The notes: generated by a model from the sequence alone, not told the origin. A DNA stretch of 56,057 bases from Candidatus Faecaligallichristensenella faecipullorum (GCA_018716505.1 DVJW01000036.1:1-56057); one strand, 5' to 3'; positions 30,563 through 40,774 are shown, counted from the first letter of the stretch. Made by a program: numbers and translations.

Positions 30563-32326
30563 ATGCTGAAGACCATTAGGGGTATGTACGGCTATACCTT
30601 GACATCGCAGCAGGATGGGTTTGAGGTCACGTTTTCGATTTCCAGGCAGGAGAACGGATTTGAGGAGCTTTTCGTTTGTATGGACAGCGCCGAAGCGCGG
30701 GTGCCCGCGCCCATGAGGTTGGAGTTTTCCCTGCCCATTGTGGATGTGCAGGGCTGCTGGCGCCCTGATCTGGGCTCGGGTTGCCCTCTGCCGGTGGATT
30801 GGATGCACCCCATGGAATCCAAAGCCACAGCCATGGCCCCGGTGGTGGAGCTGTTCGGCCAAAGGTATGAAAACCGGCTGTGCTTCGCCTGCTCGGATGC
30901 CCTGAATATCGTGAAATACAATGCCGGCGTGCATGAGGAATCCGCCGAGATGCAGGTGTACGCCCTGTTGTTCGACGCGCCCATGGCTCCGCTCAGCCAC
31001 TACGAGGTCAAATTTTATATCGACGCCCGGCCCCAATTTTACGCCCGGGCGCTGGAGGGGGTGGCGGCCTGGTGGCGCGAGAATGGCTATGAGCCGGCCG
31101 GCGTGCCCGAGAGCGCCCGCTGGCCCATGTACTCCAGCTGGTATAGCTTCCATCAGCGGCTCAATCCCGAGGCCCTGGAGCGGCAGTGCGCCCTGAGCGC
31201 CAAGCTGGGCTGCGGCGCGGTGATCGTGGACGACGGTTGGCAGACCGATGACAATGCCCGGGGCTTTGCCTATTGCGGGGATTGGGAGGTTTGCCAGGCC
31301 AAGATGGGCGATATGCGCGCCCATGTGGCTCGGGTGCACGCCCTGGGCATGAAGTATATGCTCTGGTTCTCGGTGGCCTTTGTGGGGCTGAAGTCCAAGG
31401 CCTGGCCGGTATTCAAGGACAGGATCTTGGAGATAGACCACGAGCAGGGAGCGGGCATTCTGGATCCGCGCTATCCCGAGGTGCGCGAATATCTGATCTC
31501 CACCTATGAGCGCGCCATGCGCGAATGGGATCTGGACGGCTTTAAGCTGGACTTTGTGGATTCCTTCCGCCAGCCCGCCCAGGAAAACCCGGATGCGCCC
31601 GCGGGACGCGATACCCCGTCCGTGCCCGAAGCCGTGGATATCCTGCTCAAAGAAACTTTGGCCCGGCTGCGCAAGATCAAGAGCGACGTGTTGATTGAGT
31701 TCCGCCAGCGCTACACCGGCCCGGCCATGCGCAGCTATGGCAACATGTTCCGCGCCGCCGATTGCCCCAACGACCGGGTCACCAATCGGGTGCGCACCCT
31801 GAACATCCGGCTTTTGTGCGAAAACAGCGCGGCCCACGCGGATATGCTGATGTGGCACGAGGACGAGCCGGTGGAGAGCGCCGCGCTTCAATTGATTAAC
31901 GTGCTGTTTGCGGTGCCCCAGGTATCGGTACTGCTGGATAAGCTGCCCGAGGCGCACCATAAGATGGTGGAATTCTATCTGAAGTTCTGGCGGGAAAACC
32001 GGGATGTGCTGCTGGATGGGAAGCTGAAGCCCTTTGCCCCCGAGTTAGCCTATCCTTTGGTCAAGGCCGAAACCCAGGATAAGCTGCTGGCCGTGGCCTA
32101 TGCCGATTGCTGCCTGGAGTTTGAGGCCGGAGAGGCGCGGAAGATTTTGCTGGTCAATGCCTCGGGCCGGCCCAGGCTGATCGCGGACTTCGCCTCCGAT
32201 CTTGGGGCGCGCGAATACCGGGTGTATAACTGCATGGGCGAAGTGGTGGAAAGCGGAACCCTGGACTTGAAAGCCGGGGTGCAGGCTCTGAAGATTCCGG
32301 AGAGCGGCATCATGATGATCGGCTAA
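30563..32326 (+). CDS. Alpha-galactosidase, GH36 (short TmGalA-like subgroup)
   Basis: VIVDDGWQTDD and GFKLDFVDSF (clan-D nucleophile context, like FKIDF of T. maritima GalA). AAGGAGGAG SD. Confidence 0.75.
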   Translation: MLKTIRGMYGYTLTSQQDGFEVTFSISRQENGFEELFVCMDSAEARVPAPMRLEFSLPIVDVQGCWRPDLGSGCPLPVDWMHPMESKATAMAPVVELFGQRYENRLCFACSDALNIVKYNAGVHEESAEMQVYALLFDAPMAPLSHYEVKFYIDARPQFYARALEGVAAWWRENGYEPAGVPESARWPMYSSWYSFHQRLNPEALERQCALSAKLGCGAVIVDDGWQTDDNARGFAYCGDWEVCQAKMGDMRAHVARVHALGMKYMLWFSVAFVGLKSKAWPVFKDRILEIDHEQGAGILDPRYPEVREYLISTYERAMREWDLDGFKLDFVDSFRQPAQENPDAPAGRDTPSVPEAVDILLKETLARLRKIKSDVLIEFRQRYTGPAMRSYGNMFRAADCPNDRVTNRVRTLNIRLLCENSAAHADMLMWHEDEPVESAALQLINVLFAVPQVSVLLDKLPEAHHKMVEFYLKFWRENRDVLLDGKLKPFAPELAYPLVKAETQDKLLAVAYADCCLEFEAGEARKILLVNASGRPRLIADFASDLGAREYRVYNCMGEVVESGTLDLKAGVQALKIPESGIMMIG

Positions 32327-32331
32327 TCTTG

Positions 32332-32380
32332 AAAAAGCAACGCCTTGGGACGGTGCGCCCGGGGCGTTGCTTTGTGTTTA
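32332..32380. terminator. Bidirectional terminator between convergent genes
   Basis: AAAAA-GCAACGCC...GGCGTTGC-TTTGTGTTT. Confidence 0.7.
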
Positions 32381-33034
32381 CAATGAGGCCAGCATCAATG
32401 CGGTGGCATGATCCTTCCAGACCAGCTGGACCTTCGCAAAACCGGCCTGTTGAAAGAGACCGAGCTGATGCTGCACGGTGAGCGGGGTGTCGTAGTGATA
32501 GGAGGCCGCCTGATCCAGCGCGCCCTCCCGAAGCAGCCGTTTATATTCGCCAAAGAAAAAGGCCTCCTGCTCATCGTCGTCGGCGGTGTAGTCGCATTCG
32601 ATATAGACCCCGCCCGGACGGAGGGCTTCCCGAATCCGCCGGTAGAGCGTCAGCTTTTTTTCGGGCTTAGAATGGTGCATGGTCTGAAAGGAGAGCGCCG
32701 CGTCAAAGCATTCTTTTCCGAAATCCACCTCGAAATAGCTGCCGCAGATCAGGCGCATGGGCTGATCCGGATGCTTTTTGCGCAGCTCGTCCAGCATGGC
32801 CTGGGTGAGGTCGATGCCGGTCACATGAAAGCCATCCCGAAGCTTGAATAGCGCGTCCAGTTCCAAGCCGGTTCCGCATCCCAAATCCAACACGTCTTTT
32901 GCGCCGGAGGGCACCAGGCGGGCCATGCGCTCATAGCCTTCCCGGCAACCGTTTACCTCTTCCAACATGTGCCGGTCATAGTCGTCCACTCGGGCGGTAA
33001 AAAACGCGCTCATTTCTTCCAATTGAGGGTTCAT
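32378..33034 (-). CDS. Class I SAM-dependent methyltransferase
   Basis: VLDLGCGTGLE motif I. Start at MNPQLEE (AAGGAAGTG SD). Confidence 0.8.
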   Translation of the reverse strand: MNPQLEEMSAFFTARVDDYDRHMLEEVNGCREGYERMARLVPSGAKDVLDLGCGTGLELDALFKLRDGFHVTGIDLTQAMLDELRKKHPDQPMRLICGSYFEVDFGKECFDAALSFQTMHHSKPEKKLTLYRRIREALRPGGVYIECDYTADDDEQEAFFFGEYKRLLREGALDQAASYHYDTPLTVQHQLGLFQQAGFAKVQLVWKDHATALMLASL

Positions 33035-33229
33035 TTTTTCACTTCCTTTGAATGATCTCCGCTTCACAAGGCAAAAATATGCTTGCCTTTATTATAAGTG
33101 CCGGATAGCCGCCTGTCAAACATTCCAGGATTCTCCGGTTTTCCATAAAAAAAGATGGTTGGGCGATATTCGGCGGTGGAGATGGGCATAATGCATCTAA
33201 AGGCAGACCCGCCGGGAGGAAGGAAAATC

Positions 33230-33403
33230 ATGCGAAACAGGGCGATTTATCTCATTGGAGCGCTGAGCATACTGCTCATGATCTGCATTTGCGCGCTGAT
33301 CCTTTGGATAAGCGGATCCATAAGCGACAGGGCGCCCGAGACGTTTTCCAATGCGCGGCTGGTTTGGATGGGGGAGGCGATGGACAATGGAAGAAGGATC
33401 TAG
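33230..33403 (+). CDS. Possible small membrane-anchored protein upstream of the spoVA genes
   Basis: GGGAGGAAGGAAAATC-ATG; MRNRAIYLIGALSILLMICICALILW.... No recognisable family. Confidence 0.3.
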   Translation: MRNRAIYLIGALSILLMICICALILWISGSISDRAPETFSNARLVWMGEAMDNGRRI

Positions 33404-33517
33404 GCATGCGCTGCCCGAATGCCCGATGCTCAATGCGCCGCGGCCGGGCAGCCGGGAGATCCGGCGCACCGAGCGCCCGGAACATTTTTTAACCCGATCA
33501 AAAGGAGCGGAAACGAA

Positions 33518-33973
33518 ATGAGCGATCAACAAAAATTCAAGGAATATGATCAAATGGTCAAACGCATGACGCCCAACAGCCAATATTTTCAGGGCTTTGT
33601 GCGCGCCTTCTGGGTGGGCGGGCTGATCTGTGTGTTGGGCCAATTGATCAGCATGGCCGGCGAGTACTGGCTGCATCTGGATCAGTCCGGGGTCTCCATG
33701 TTTACCAGCATTGTGTTGGTTTTCCTGGGCACGACCTTGACCGGATTGGGTATCTATGACCGAATCGGCTGCTATGCGGGCGCGGGCTCGGTGGTGCCCA
33801 TAACCGGCTTCGCCAATTCGGTGGCCGCGCCGGCCCTGGAGTTCAGGCGGGAAGGCATGATCTTGGGCCTGGGGGCTAAACTGTTCCAGATAGCCGGTCC
33901 GGTGTTGGTGTACGGAATCGGAAGCTCGGTGGTGGCTGGCGTGATTTACTGGATAATTGTGAGGTGGTTTTGA
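33518..33973 (+). CDS. spoVAC: Stage V sporulation protein AC
   Basis: ...FVRAFWVGGLICVLGQ...GAGSVVPITGFANSV... signature. AAAGGAG SD. Confidence 0.9.
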   Translation: MSDQQKFKEYDQMVKRMTPNSQYFQGFVRAFWVGGLICVLGQLISMAGEYWLHLDQSGVSMFTSIVLVFLGTTLTGLGIYDRIGCYAGAGSVVPITGFANSVAAPALEFRREGMILGLGAKLFQIAGPVLVYGIGSSVVAGVIYWIIVRWF

Positions 33974-34995
33974 TGGGCCGGGTGGGCAAGCGCACCTTTG
34001 TCTATGAGCATAGGCCCGCCATCCGGGGATGGGCCAGCATAGCCGGTCCCAAGGAAGGCCAAGGGCCGCTGGGCCATACCTTTGACGCGGTGAGCGAGGA
34101 CGACCTCTGGGGTCAGCCGAGCTGGGAAAAGGGCGAGAGCGAAATGCTGCGCCAATGCGTGGAAAAATGCCTGGAAAAGAGCGGGGTGGCGCTGAGCAGC
34201 GTGCAGGCCGTGCTGTGCGGCGATCTGCTGAACCAGATTATTTCCTCCAGCTTTGCCGCCCGGGCGCTGGGCGCGCCGTTCCTGGGGTTATATGGGGCCT
34301 GTTCCACCATGATCGAGGCGCTCCTGATCGGCGGCGCGCTGGTGGATGGGGGCTATTTGTCCAACGCGGTTTGCGCGGCGTCCAGCCATTTTTCCACGGC
34401 CGAGCGGCAATATCGCTTCCCTCTGGAAATGGGCTGTCAGCGGCCGCCCTCGTCGCAATGGACGGTCACGGCCTCGGGCAGCATGCTGCTGGATGGAGAG
34501 GATCGTGATTCCCTGGCTGTGTTGACCCATGGCACCATGGGCCGGGTGGTGGATTATCAGATCACCGATGCCAATCACATGGGCGCGGCCATGGCCCCGG
34601 CCGTGGCCGACACCATTCAGGGGCATTTCAGCGACATGGGCCGGGAAATGCGCGATTATGATCTGATCGCCACCGGGGACCTGGGGCATATCGGGCGCGA
34701 ACTTTTGATCGAACTGCTTACCCGGCGGGGCATTGCAGTGGATCAAGAGCGGCTTATCGATTGCGGCGACAGCATATTTTCCAAAGCCCAAAACGACGTC
34801 AATGCCGGGGGCAGCGGATGCGGATGCGTGGCTTCGGTACTGTGCGGTTGGCTGATGCGCCGGATGGAAGAAGGGGAGCTGCATCGCATGCTGCTCGTCG
34901 GCTCGGGCGCGCTGATGAGCACCACAAGCTCTCAACAGGGCGAGAGCATTCCGGGCATTGCCCATGCGGTGGTTATCGAAAGGAGGAAGCGCTGA
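33973..34995 (+). CDS. spoVAD: Stage V sporulation protein AD (thiolase-fold)
   Basis: ...SIAGPKEGQGPLGHTFD..., ...LYGACSTM.... The ATG overlaps the spoVAC TGA. Confidence 0.9.
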   Translation: MGRVGKRTFVYEHRPAIRGWASIAGPKEGQGPLGHTFDAVSEDDLWGQPSWEKGESEMLRQCVEKCLEKSGVALSSVQAVLCGDLLNQIISSSFAARALGAPFLGLYGACSTMIEALLIGGALVDGGYLSNAVCAASSHFSTAERQYRFPLEMGCQRPPSSQWTVTASGSMLLDGEDRDSLAVLTHGTMGRVVDYQITDANHMGAAMAPAVADTIQGHFSDMGREMRDYDLIATGDLGHIGRELLIELLTRRGIAVDQERLIDCGDSIFSKAQNDVNAGGSGCGCVASVLCGWLMRRMEEGELHRMLLVGSGALMSTTSSQQGESIPGIAHAVVIERRKR

Positions 34996-35357
34996 TGCTG
35001 TGGACGTTGATCAAATGTTTTGTGGTGGGCGGCCTGCTGTGCTGTGTGGGCCAGGCGATTTTGATGTTTACCAAGCTCACCAATGCCCGCATATTGGTGC
35101 TCTTTGTGGTGTCCGGCGTGGCGCTTACCCTGTTGGGGGCCTATAAACCGCTGGTGGACTTTGCGGGCGCTGGGGCAACGGTTCCGCTCACCGGGTTTGG
35201 ATATTCGTTGGCCACCGGCGCCATGCAGGCGGTTCAGGAGATCGGCCTCATGGGTGCCTTTACCGGTGGGATTACCAATACCGCGGCCGGCATTACCGCG
35301 GCCATTGTGTTTGGATTTTTAAATGCCATCTGCTTTAAACCCAAGACCAAACCATAA
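34995..35357 (+). CDS. spoVAE: Stage V sporulation protein AE (SpoVAEb)
   Basis: MLWTLIKCFVVGGLLCCVGQ...GAGATVPLTGFGYSL.... The ATG overlaps the spoVAD TGA. It is the in-frame distal part of track ORF 34761..35357. Confidence 0.85.
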   Translation: MLWTLIKCFVVGGLLCCVGQAILMFTKLTNARILVLFVVSGVALTLLGAYKPLVDFAGAGATVPLTGFGYSLATGAMQAVQEIGLMGAFTGGITNTAAGITAAIVFGFLNAICFKPKTKP

Positions 35358-35360
35358 AAA

Positions 35361-35405
35361 ATCGCGGCCGCCCCGCAAACGGACAGGCCGCGATACTTTT
35401 GTTTT
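35361..35405 (+). terminator. spoVA operon terminator
   Basis: ATCGCGGCC...GGCCGCGAT followed by ACTTTTGTTTT. Confidence 0.7.
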
Positions 35406-35434
35406 CAGTATAGATCAATAAAATCATTTCTAAT

Positions 35435-35764
35435 TTAAGCCTGATCCACTCGGATCAGGAAAAGACGCCGGTTAAATTCTCCGTTATTGACCGCCTTTTG
35501 CGCGCGCAGGGTCTCCAGCTCCTCCGAACACATGCCCTCGGCCGCGGCCAAGGCTCGGATCACCTCATAAATATCCGCCAATTCTTCCAAAGATCCGCTT
35601 TCCTGATATTCCATCACCTCTTCCATCAGTTTCATTTTAAGCCGCATTCTATATTCGTCGTCGTCCAAAGTGCGAACCACACAGACGTCGCCCTTCGCCT
35701 GAATAATTTCGGGAATTCGATCGCGAACCAGCTTGTTGTATTCAATTGTATTCGTGCAAATCAA
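35435..35764 (-). CDS. MazG-like nucleoside triphosphate pyrophosphohydrolase (phosphoribosyl-ATP PPase-like)
   Basis: YNKLVRDRIPEII...EE..E........EELADIYEVIRAL is the typical all-alpha NTP-PPase signature. Confidence 0.8.
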   Translation of the reverse strand: MICTNTIEYNKLVRDRIPEIIQAKGDVCVVRTLDDDEYRMRLKMKLMEEVMEYQESGSLEELADIYEVIRALAAAEGMCSEELETLRAQKAVNNGEFNRRLFLIRVDQA

Positions 35765-35970
35765 CCTCCCTTCTAGGCTCTATTATAGCGCGATTTGTAT
35801 TGCTTTTCAATACAATGTTCAAAATATGTAAAAATTTTTTTAAGATATGGTTTTATAACGGTATGATTTCTGGGTCAGGCCATGGAATTTTAGGGTTTCT
35901 GGTTGTGGATTTGATTTGGTCCGTGGTATACTATAAAAATAAGACAATGCCGTGCGGGAGGGTTGAAAGC

Positions 35971-36678
35971 ATGATTTTCACGGTTTTGGGCATGAACGGG
36001 CCTTATGCGGCCGCGGGCGGCGCGGGCTCGGGGTATTTATTGCGCGATGACGAAATGAAAGAAAATATTTTGCTGGATTGTGGGCCTGGGGTGTTGGCCC
36101 GGCTTCAAAAATATACCGGGCTTCGGTCTCTGTCCGGCGTGGTGCTTTCCCATTTGCATTATGACCACATGTCGGATATGCTGGCCCTGCAATATGCGCT
36201 CGGGAACTGGGAAAATCCGCTGCGGGTGGTGGCGCCCGAGGAACCGAAACCGGTTTGGACGCTGCTGAACGCCCCTTGCTTTCAGCTCCAAGCCCCCATG
36301 GAGATGGAGCTAAAGGGGTTTCATTTTGAATTTATTCCGGCGGTACATCCGGTGCCTGCCGTTTCCATGGCCATTTCCCGGGAAAACCGACGCATGGTCT
36401 ATACCGGAGATACCAATCTGAATCCGGAGCTGAAGGTCTTCGCCAAGGGCGCGGATCTGTTGGTGGCAGACGGCGCGTTCTTAATGGAAGAGTGGGCGGC
36501 GGAAAAGCCGCATATGGCCGCGGCCCATTGCGCGCGTCTGGCCCAGGAAGCCGGGGTAAAGCGACTGGTAATCACCCATTTCGCCCCGGACAGCGACCGG
36601 ATGCGGCTTCTGAAACAGGCCGCGGAGATCTTCCCGGAGGTTATCCTGGCCTCGGAAGGATTGACGCTGAGCGTATGA
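35971..36678 (+). CDS. MBL-fold metallo-hydrolase
   Basis: LSHLHYDHMSD (HxHxDH). Start at MIFTVLG with GGGAGGG upstream; the N-terminal 75 codons of the track ORF look non-coding. Confidence 0.8.
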   Translation: MIFTVLGMNGPYAAAGGAGSGYLLRDDEMKENILLDCGPGVLARLQKYTGLRSLSGVVLSHLHYDHMSDMLALQYALGNWENPLRVVAPEEPKPVWTLLNAPCFQLQAPMEMELKGFHFEFIPAVHPVPAVSMAISRENRRMVYTGDTNLNPELKVFAKGADLLVADGAFLMEEWAAEKPHMAAAHCARLAQEAGVKRLVITHFAPDSDRMRLLKQAAEIFPEVILASEGLTLSV

Positions 36679-36679
36679 T

Positions 36680-39001
36680 ATGATGAACTTTGTACAAAAG
36701 CGGCCCTTGGTCGGTTTTGCCGCCTGCATGGCCCTGGGCATGGCTTCCGCGTTTCTGGGCGTCCATTGGGCGATCGGAATCGCGCTGTTTGGAGCGGGCG
36801 CGCTGCTGCTCCTTTTCAGGAAAGGGCTGTACGGCATGTTGCTCATGGCCGCCGGGCTGGGCGTGACGTTGGTCTGTTTTGCGCTCATCAAGCCGCCTTT
36901 GCCCGGCGAGGGCGAATATCTTTTGAACGCCAAGGTGGTCTCCAGGCCGGTGGTGGAGGAAAACCGGGTAAAGCTGACCTTGGATGAGGTCAAGCTGGAT
37001 GGACAGCCGGCGGGCGTCCGGCTTCAGGCCTATTTCAGCAACTACGACGGAATTTCAAATTTCCTGCGCTATGGACAGCACATAGAGGTTCAGGCGCGGA
37101 TCTTTTTGCCCAAGGGACAGACCAATCCACACGGGTTTGACTTCGCGGCCTATCTTTGGAGTCAGAGCATCGGGGCCTGCGCCAGCGCGCCCTTGGACGA
37201 GGTTCAGGTAACCCGGCCCGCCGGATTCAGCCTGATGGGCGCTTCCATCGAACTCAGCGAACGGCTGAGCCGGAGGATTGATCAGCTTTTTCCCAGGGAG
37301 AGCGCGCTGTTTACCGCCATGCTGTTGGGCGATCAGAGCGATTTGGACGAAGCCTTCAAGCGGGATTACCGGGCTGCGGGCATTGCCCATGTGTTGGCGG
37401 TCTCCGGGCTGCATGTGGGGTATATCGCCTGGATTGTGAACCGGCTGCTGCTTTGCCTGGGGTTATCCAGGCGGCAGAGCTTCTGGGCCATGCCGGTTTT
37501 TCTGTTCGGCTATGTGTTTTTGACCGGGTGTTCCGCCTCGGCCATGCGGGCCGCGCTGATGTATTTGATGGTATGCGGCGGATGGAAGCAGGGCAGGCCC
37601 TCGGATTCGATGACCGGATTGGCGCTGGCCTTTATCGTTCTGGCCCTGATCGATCCATTGGGCGTTCAGCAGGCCGGGTTTGTGCTGTCCTTCAGCGCGG
37701 TGGCCGGTATTCTGCTTTTGTATAGGCCCATTCGGGCGCTGATTGGCAAATTGGACAGAAGCAAAAGGCATTCCTGGCTGCGCCAAAGGATCGTCGCTCC
37801 GGCCATGAGTTCGGTTTCGGTAAGCGCCGCGGCCCAGCTGGGCGTGACGCCCGCCACCATTCAATTTTTTCACCGGCTTCCCCTTTGGTCGGTGGTGGCC
37901 AATTTGTTTGCCGCGCCGCTGATCGCCCTGGCTTTTCCCATGGCCATCGCCGCGCTGGGCCTGAGCGCCATCAGCATGGAAGCGGGGCGCGCATTGGGAT
38001 TTGTGGCGGATGGGCTCATGCATGTCATGAGTTTGGGCGCGGGTTGGGTCGCGTCCTGGCCCGGTGCGGTGCTGCGCCTGCCCTCCTGGCCGGTCTACCT
38101 CTTGGCGCTGTACGGCATGCTGATGGTCGGGGCCTCGGAATACATCCGGCGGCCCAAAGCAGTGGGCCTTATCTGTCTTGGGCTTTTGCCCGCGGTTTGC
38201 CTGGCCGGGTGGGCGATGGACCGGTTGGAACCCAGAGAGGAGCTGCTGGTCAGCTTTTTGGACGTGGGTCAGGGCGACTGCGCTTTGGTGGACACCCAGG
38301 GCTCGCTCTATCTCATCGACACCGGCAGCGAGAACAGCGGGGCGGAAGACGTTTTGACCTCCATGGCCAGGCCGCTGGAGGCGGTGTTTTTAACCCATGC
38401 CCACGAGGATCACGCGGGCAATTTGATGGAGATCGCCTATGCCGCGCCCATGAAGAAAATTTATCTGCCCGAATGCTGGGCGCGCACCCCGGACAGCGAG
38501 CTTATGGATGAACCACTCCGGGCCCTGGAACGGGCGGGCGTGGAGATTTGCCCGCTCAAGGCGGGCGACGTGGTGAAGCTTTCGGAGGAAACCAGCGCAA
38601 AGGTGCTGTTTCCGCCCGAGGGATATACCCCGGAAACCGGCAACGAGGGCTCCATGGTGCTGCTCATCGATTCCGGCGAAGGGGCGCGCCTGCTTATCGC
38701 AGGAGATCAGAGCGCCCAATGGATGGAAGGGCTGAGCGAACTTCGGGCCCAGGTGCTGAAGGTCAACCATCACGGCGGATTAAACGGCACCTCTGGCGCG
38801 CTGTTGCGCCGGGTCAATCCCGCGCTTTCCGTGATTTCGGTGGGCCATAACAGCTATGGACATCCCAAGGAGCGGGTGTTGGAACTGTTGAACCGGGCGC
38901 CTTCCCGGGTTATGCGCACCGACCAATCGGGGGCGGTGATGGTTCGCAAAAATGAATCGGGCGGCCTGGAGGCGGCCGGATGGCTGAGCGGAGAGGAATA
39001 A
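36680..39001 (+). CDS. comEC: DNA internalization-related competence protein ComEC/Rec2
   Basis: Multi-TM competence domain (...AAGIAHVLAVSGLHVG...) plus a C-terminal MBL domain (DVGQGDC...THAHEDHAGN...NHHG). Confidence 0.9.
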   Translation: MMNFVQKRPLVGFAACMALGMASAFLGVHWAIGIALFGAGALLLLFRKGLYGMLLMAAGLGVTLVCFALIKPPLPGEGEYLLNAKVVSRPVVEENRVKLTLDEVKLDGQPAGVRLQAYFSNYDGISNFLRYGQHIEVQARIFLPKGQTNPHGFDFAAYLWSQSIGACASAPLDEVQVTRPAGFSLMGASIELSERLSRRIDQLFPRESALFTAMLLGDQSDLDEAFKRDYRAAGIAHVLAVSGLHVGYIAWIVNRLLLCLGLSRRQSFWAMPVFLFGYVFLTGCSASAMRAALMYLMVCGGWKQGRPSDSMTGLALAFIVLALIDPLGVQQAGFVLSFSAVAGILLLYRPIRALIGKLDRSKRHSWLRQRIVAPAMSSVSVSAAAQLGVTPATIQFFHRLPLWSVVANLFAAPLIALAFPMAIAALGLSAISMEAGRALGFVADGLMHVMSLGAGWVASWPGAVLRLPSWPVYLLALYGMLMVGASEYIRRPKAVGLICLGLLPAVCLAGWAMDRLEPREELLVSFLDVGQGDCALVDTQGSLYLIDTGSENSGAEDVLTSMARPLEAVFLTHAHEDHAGNLMEIAYAAPMKKIYLPECWARTPDSELMDEPLRALERAGVEICPLKAGDVVKLSEETSAKVLFPPEGYTPETGNEGSMVLLIDSGEGARLLIAGDQSAQWMEGLSELRAQVLKVNHHGGLNGTSGALLRRVNPALSVISVGHNSYGHPKERVLELLNRAPSRVMRTDQSGAVMVRKNESGGLEAAGWLSGEE

Positions 39002-39004
39002 AAA

Positions 39005-40018
39005 ATGAACTACAGAGAGTTTTTCGCCCAGATGGATAAGGGCAAAATCGAAAAAGTCTATCTTTTTTCAGGGGAAGAGGAATATGTAAAGCGCCAGGCC
39101 CTGGAAAGGCTGCGCGGGAAGATCCTGCCCCAGGGCTTCGAGCAGCTCAACGAGAGCCTGTTGGAGGGGGTGGACGCCCAGACCATCATGGACGCCGCCG
39201 AAACACTGCCGCTCATGTGCGAAAGGCGGCTGGTGGTGATTCGGGATTGGGCGCCCCTTTTGCCCGGGAAGGCCAAGAACGAAGCCGAGGAGACCGAGCG
39301 CATGACCGGCTATCTGAAGCGCGCGCCCGAGACCTGCTGCATGGTGTTTTACATGCGCAAGGAGATGGACGGCCGCAAAAAAATGGTTCAGAACCTGCAA
39401 AAGACGGCCGGATGGGTGGCTTTTGAGCCGCTTTCCGACGCGGACTTGATGAATTGGGTCAAAAAGACCTTAAAGCCCATGGGCAAGCAGATGGACGCCC
39501 AGGCCGTGCAGGCGCTGTCGTTCATGGCGGGCCGGGGCCTGACCAGGCTGGAACTGGAGCTGAAAAAACTGGCGGCCTACGCCGGGGAAAGCCCGGAGAT
39601 CACCCAAGAGGACGTGGAAAAACTGGTTTCGCCCTCGCTGGAGTGTACGATATTTCAATTGGTGGACCGGGTTATCGAGCGCAACGCCTATCAGGCACAG
39701 CGGCTTTTAAAGCACATGCGCGAGGCCGGGGAATCGCCGGTGGGCATATTGGCCATGATTACCCGGCAAATGCGCATGATGACCTTCATCAAACTTTTGC
39801 GGGAGCAGGGCCTGCAGCTGAGCGAAATTGAAAAGAAATTGGAACTCAGCCACTTTGTGGCCGGGCGCGCGGCAAACCAGGCCCAAAGGTTCCATACCGA
39901 GTCCCTGAAGGACGGATATAAGGCCTGCGTCGAGGCGGACTACCTCATCAAGAGCGGCCAGATGCGCGACAGCGCGGCGCTGGACCTGGTGATGCTCAAA
40001 TTGAACAATCTGGCGTGA
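39005..40018 (+). CDS. holA: DNA polymerase III delta subunit
   Basis: ...VYLFSGEEEY...; size; conserved position after comEC. Confidence 0.85.
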   Translation: MNYREFFAQMDKGKIEKVYLFSGEEEYVKRQALERLRGKILPQGFEQLNESLLEGVDAQTIMDAAETLPLMCERRLVVIRDWAPLLPGKAKNEAEETERMTGYLKRAPETCCMVFYMRKEMDGRKKMVQNLQKTAGWVAFEPLSDADLMNWVKKTLKPMGKQMDAQAVQALSFMAGRGLTRLELELKKLAAYAGESPEITQEDVEKLVSPSLECTIFQLVDRVIERNAYQAQRLLKHMREAGESPVGILAMITRQMRMMTFIKLLREQGLQLSEIEKKLELSHFVAGRAANQAQRFHTESLKDGYKACVEADYLIKSGQMRDSAALDLVMLKLNNLA

Positions 40019-40044
40019 GGCCCGATACAAAGGAGATGAAGAAC

Positions 40045-40725
40045 ATGGAATTGTCACGCCCCATTCGGCTCAATCAGGACACCAACCTGCTCAAGCTGGT
40101 GGCCATTATCACCATGATGATCGACCACATGGGCAAGATGTTGTTCCCCCAATACCCAATTTTTCGCATCATCGGCCGCATTGCCTTTCCGCTGTTCAGC
40201 TATTGCATGGCCGTGGGCTGCACCTATACCCACGACTTCAAGCGCTATGTGGGCAGGGTGGCGCTGCTGTTTTTGATCTCTCAGCCGCTGTATGTGTTGG
40301 CCCTGGGCGGCGGATGGTTTAAGTTCAATATCCTGTTGGCGCTGGTGGCCGGCATGCTGGTGGTGGGCTCGCTGCACAGGGGAAAAATCGGCCTGGCCGC
40401 GGTGGCTTTGGCTGCAAGCTTCATCTTTCAGGACTATTTGGATTACGGCTTCCGGGGCATATTGCTCATGCTGCTGTTCTATGCGCTGTACGATAAACCG
40501 GCGCTCTCTTTTATCGCGGTGGGCGGCTTTATGTTCCTTTGGGGCATGCAATACGGCGGATACAGCATCGGCGGGCTGAGGTTTTCGACCCAGATGTTCG
40601 CGCTCATGGCGCTTCCCTTGATCTATATCCCCACGCACAGCGGCCTCAAGCTCAACAAGTATGTGTTTTATGCCTTTTATCCGGCCCATCTATTGGTGAT
40701 TTATATCCTTTGTCAGATTTTTTGA
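40045..40725 (+). CDS. TraX-family membrane protein
   Basis: ...LLKLVAIITMMIDHMGKMLFP...IIGRIAFPLFSY... TraX signature. The start could be 40036 or 40045. Confidence 0.8.
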   Translation: MELSRPIRLNQDTNLLKLVAIITMMIDHMGKMLFPQYPIFRIIGRIAFPLFSYCMAVGCTYTHDFKRYVGRVALLFLISQPLYVLALGGGWFKFNILLALVAGMLVVGSLHRGKIGLAAVALAASFIFQDYLDYGFRGILLMLLFYALYDKPALSFIAVGGFMFLWGMQYGGYSIGGLRFSTQMFALMALPLIYIPTHSGLKLNKYVFYAFYPAHLLVIYILCQIF

Positions 40726-40745
40726 GCCGGCTTTCGGCGTCTGGG

Positions 40746-40774
40746 TTGACAAATATAGTACTATATAGTATTAT
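40746..40774 (+). promoter_or_regulatory. marR-operon promoter with a perfect 14-bp palindromic operator in the spacer
   Basis: TTGACA (40746-51), 17 nt, TATTAT (40769-74). Palindrome ATATAGTACTATAT at 40753-40766. Confidence 0.65.

Noticed and set aside
28835-31960. Very long (1041-aa) minus-strand ORF. Other long antisense ORFs include 4934..6346(-), 7581..9173(-), 9206..11059(-), 15457..16515(-), 18418..20031(-), 44335..45336(-) and 52883..53941(-).
   Set aside because: They lie antisense to genes with unmistakable family motifs (recG, GH36, pcrA, ligA, priA, rsmB, nadB, thrC). Their translations are low-complexity and rich in G/A/R/P/H, which is typical of stop-codon-poor shadow frames in ~60% GC DNA. 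They have no SD sequences.
33404-33517. I searched for a sigma-G/sigma-F forespore promoter upstream of spoVAC, and for a terminator-like GGCGC/GCGCC hairpin at about 33464-33490.
   Set aside because: I could not find a convincing GNATA-N17/18-CATNNTA match by eye, and the hairpin is short (5 bp).
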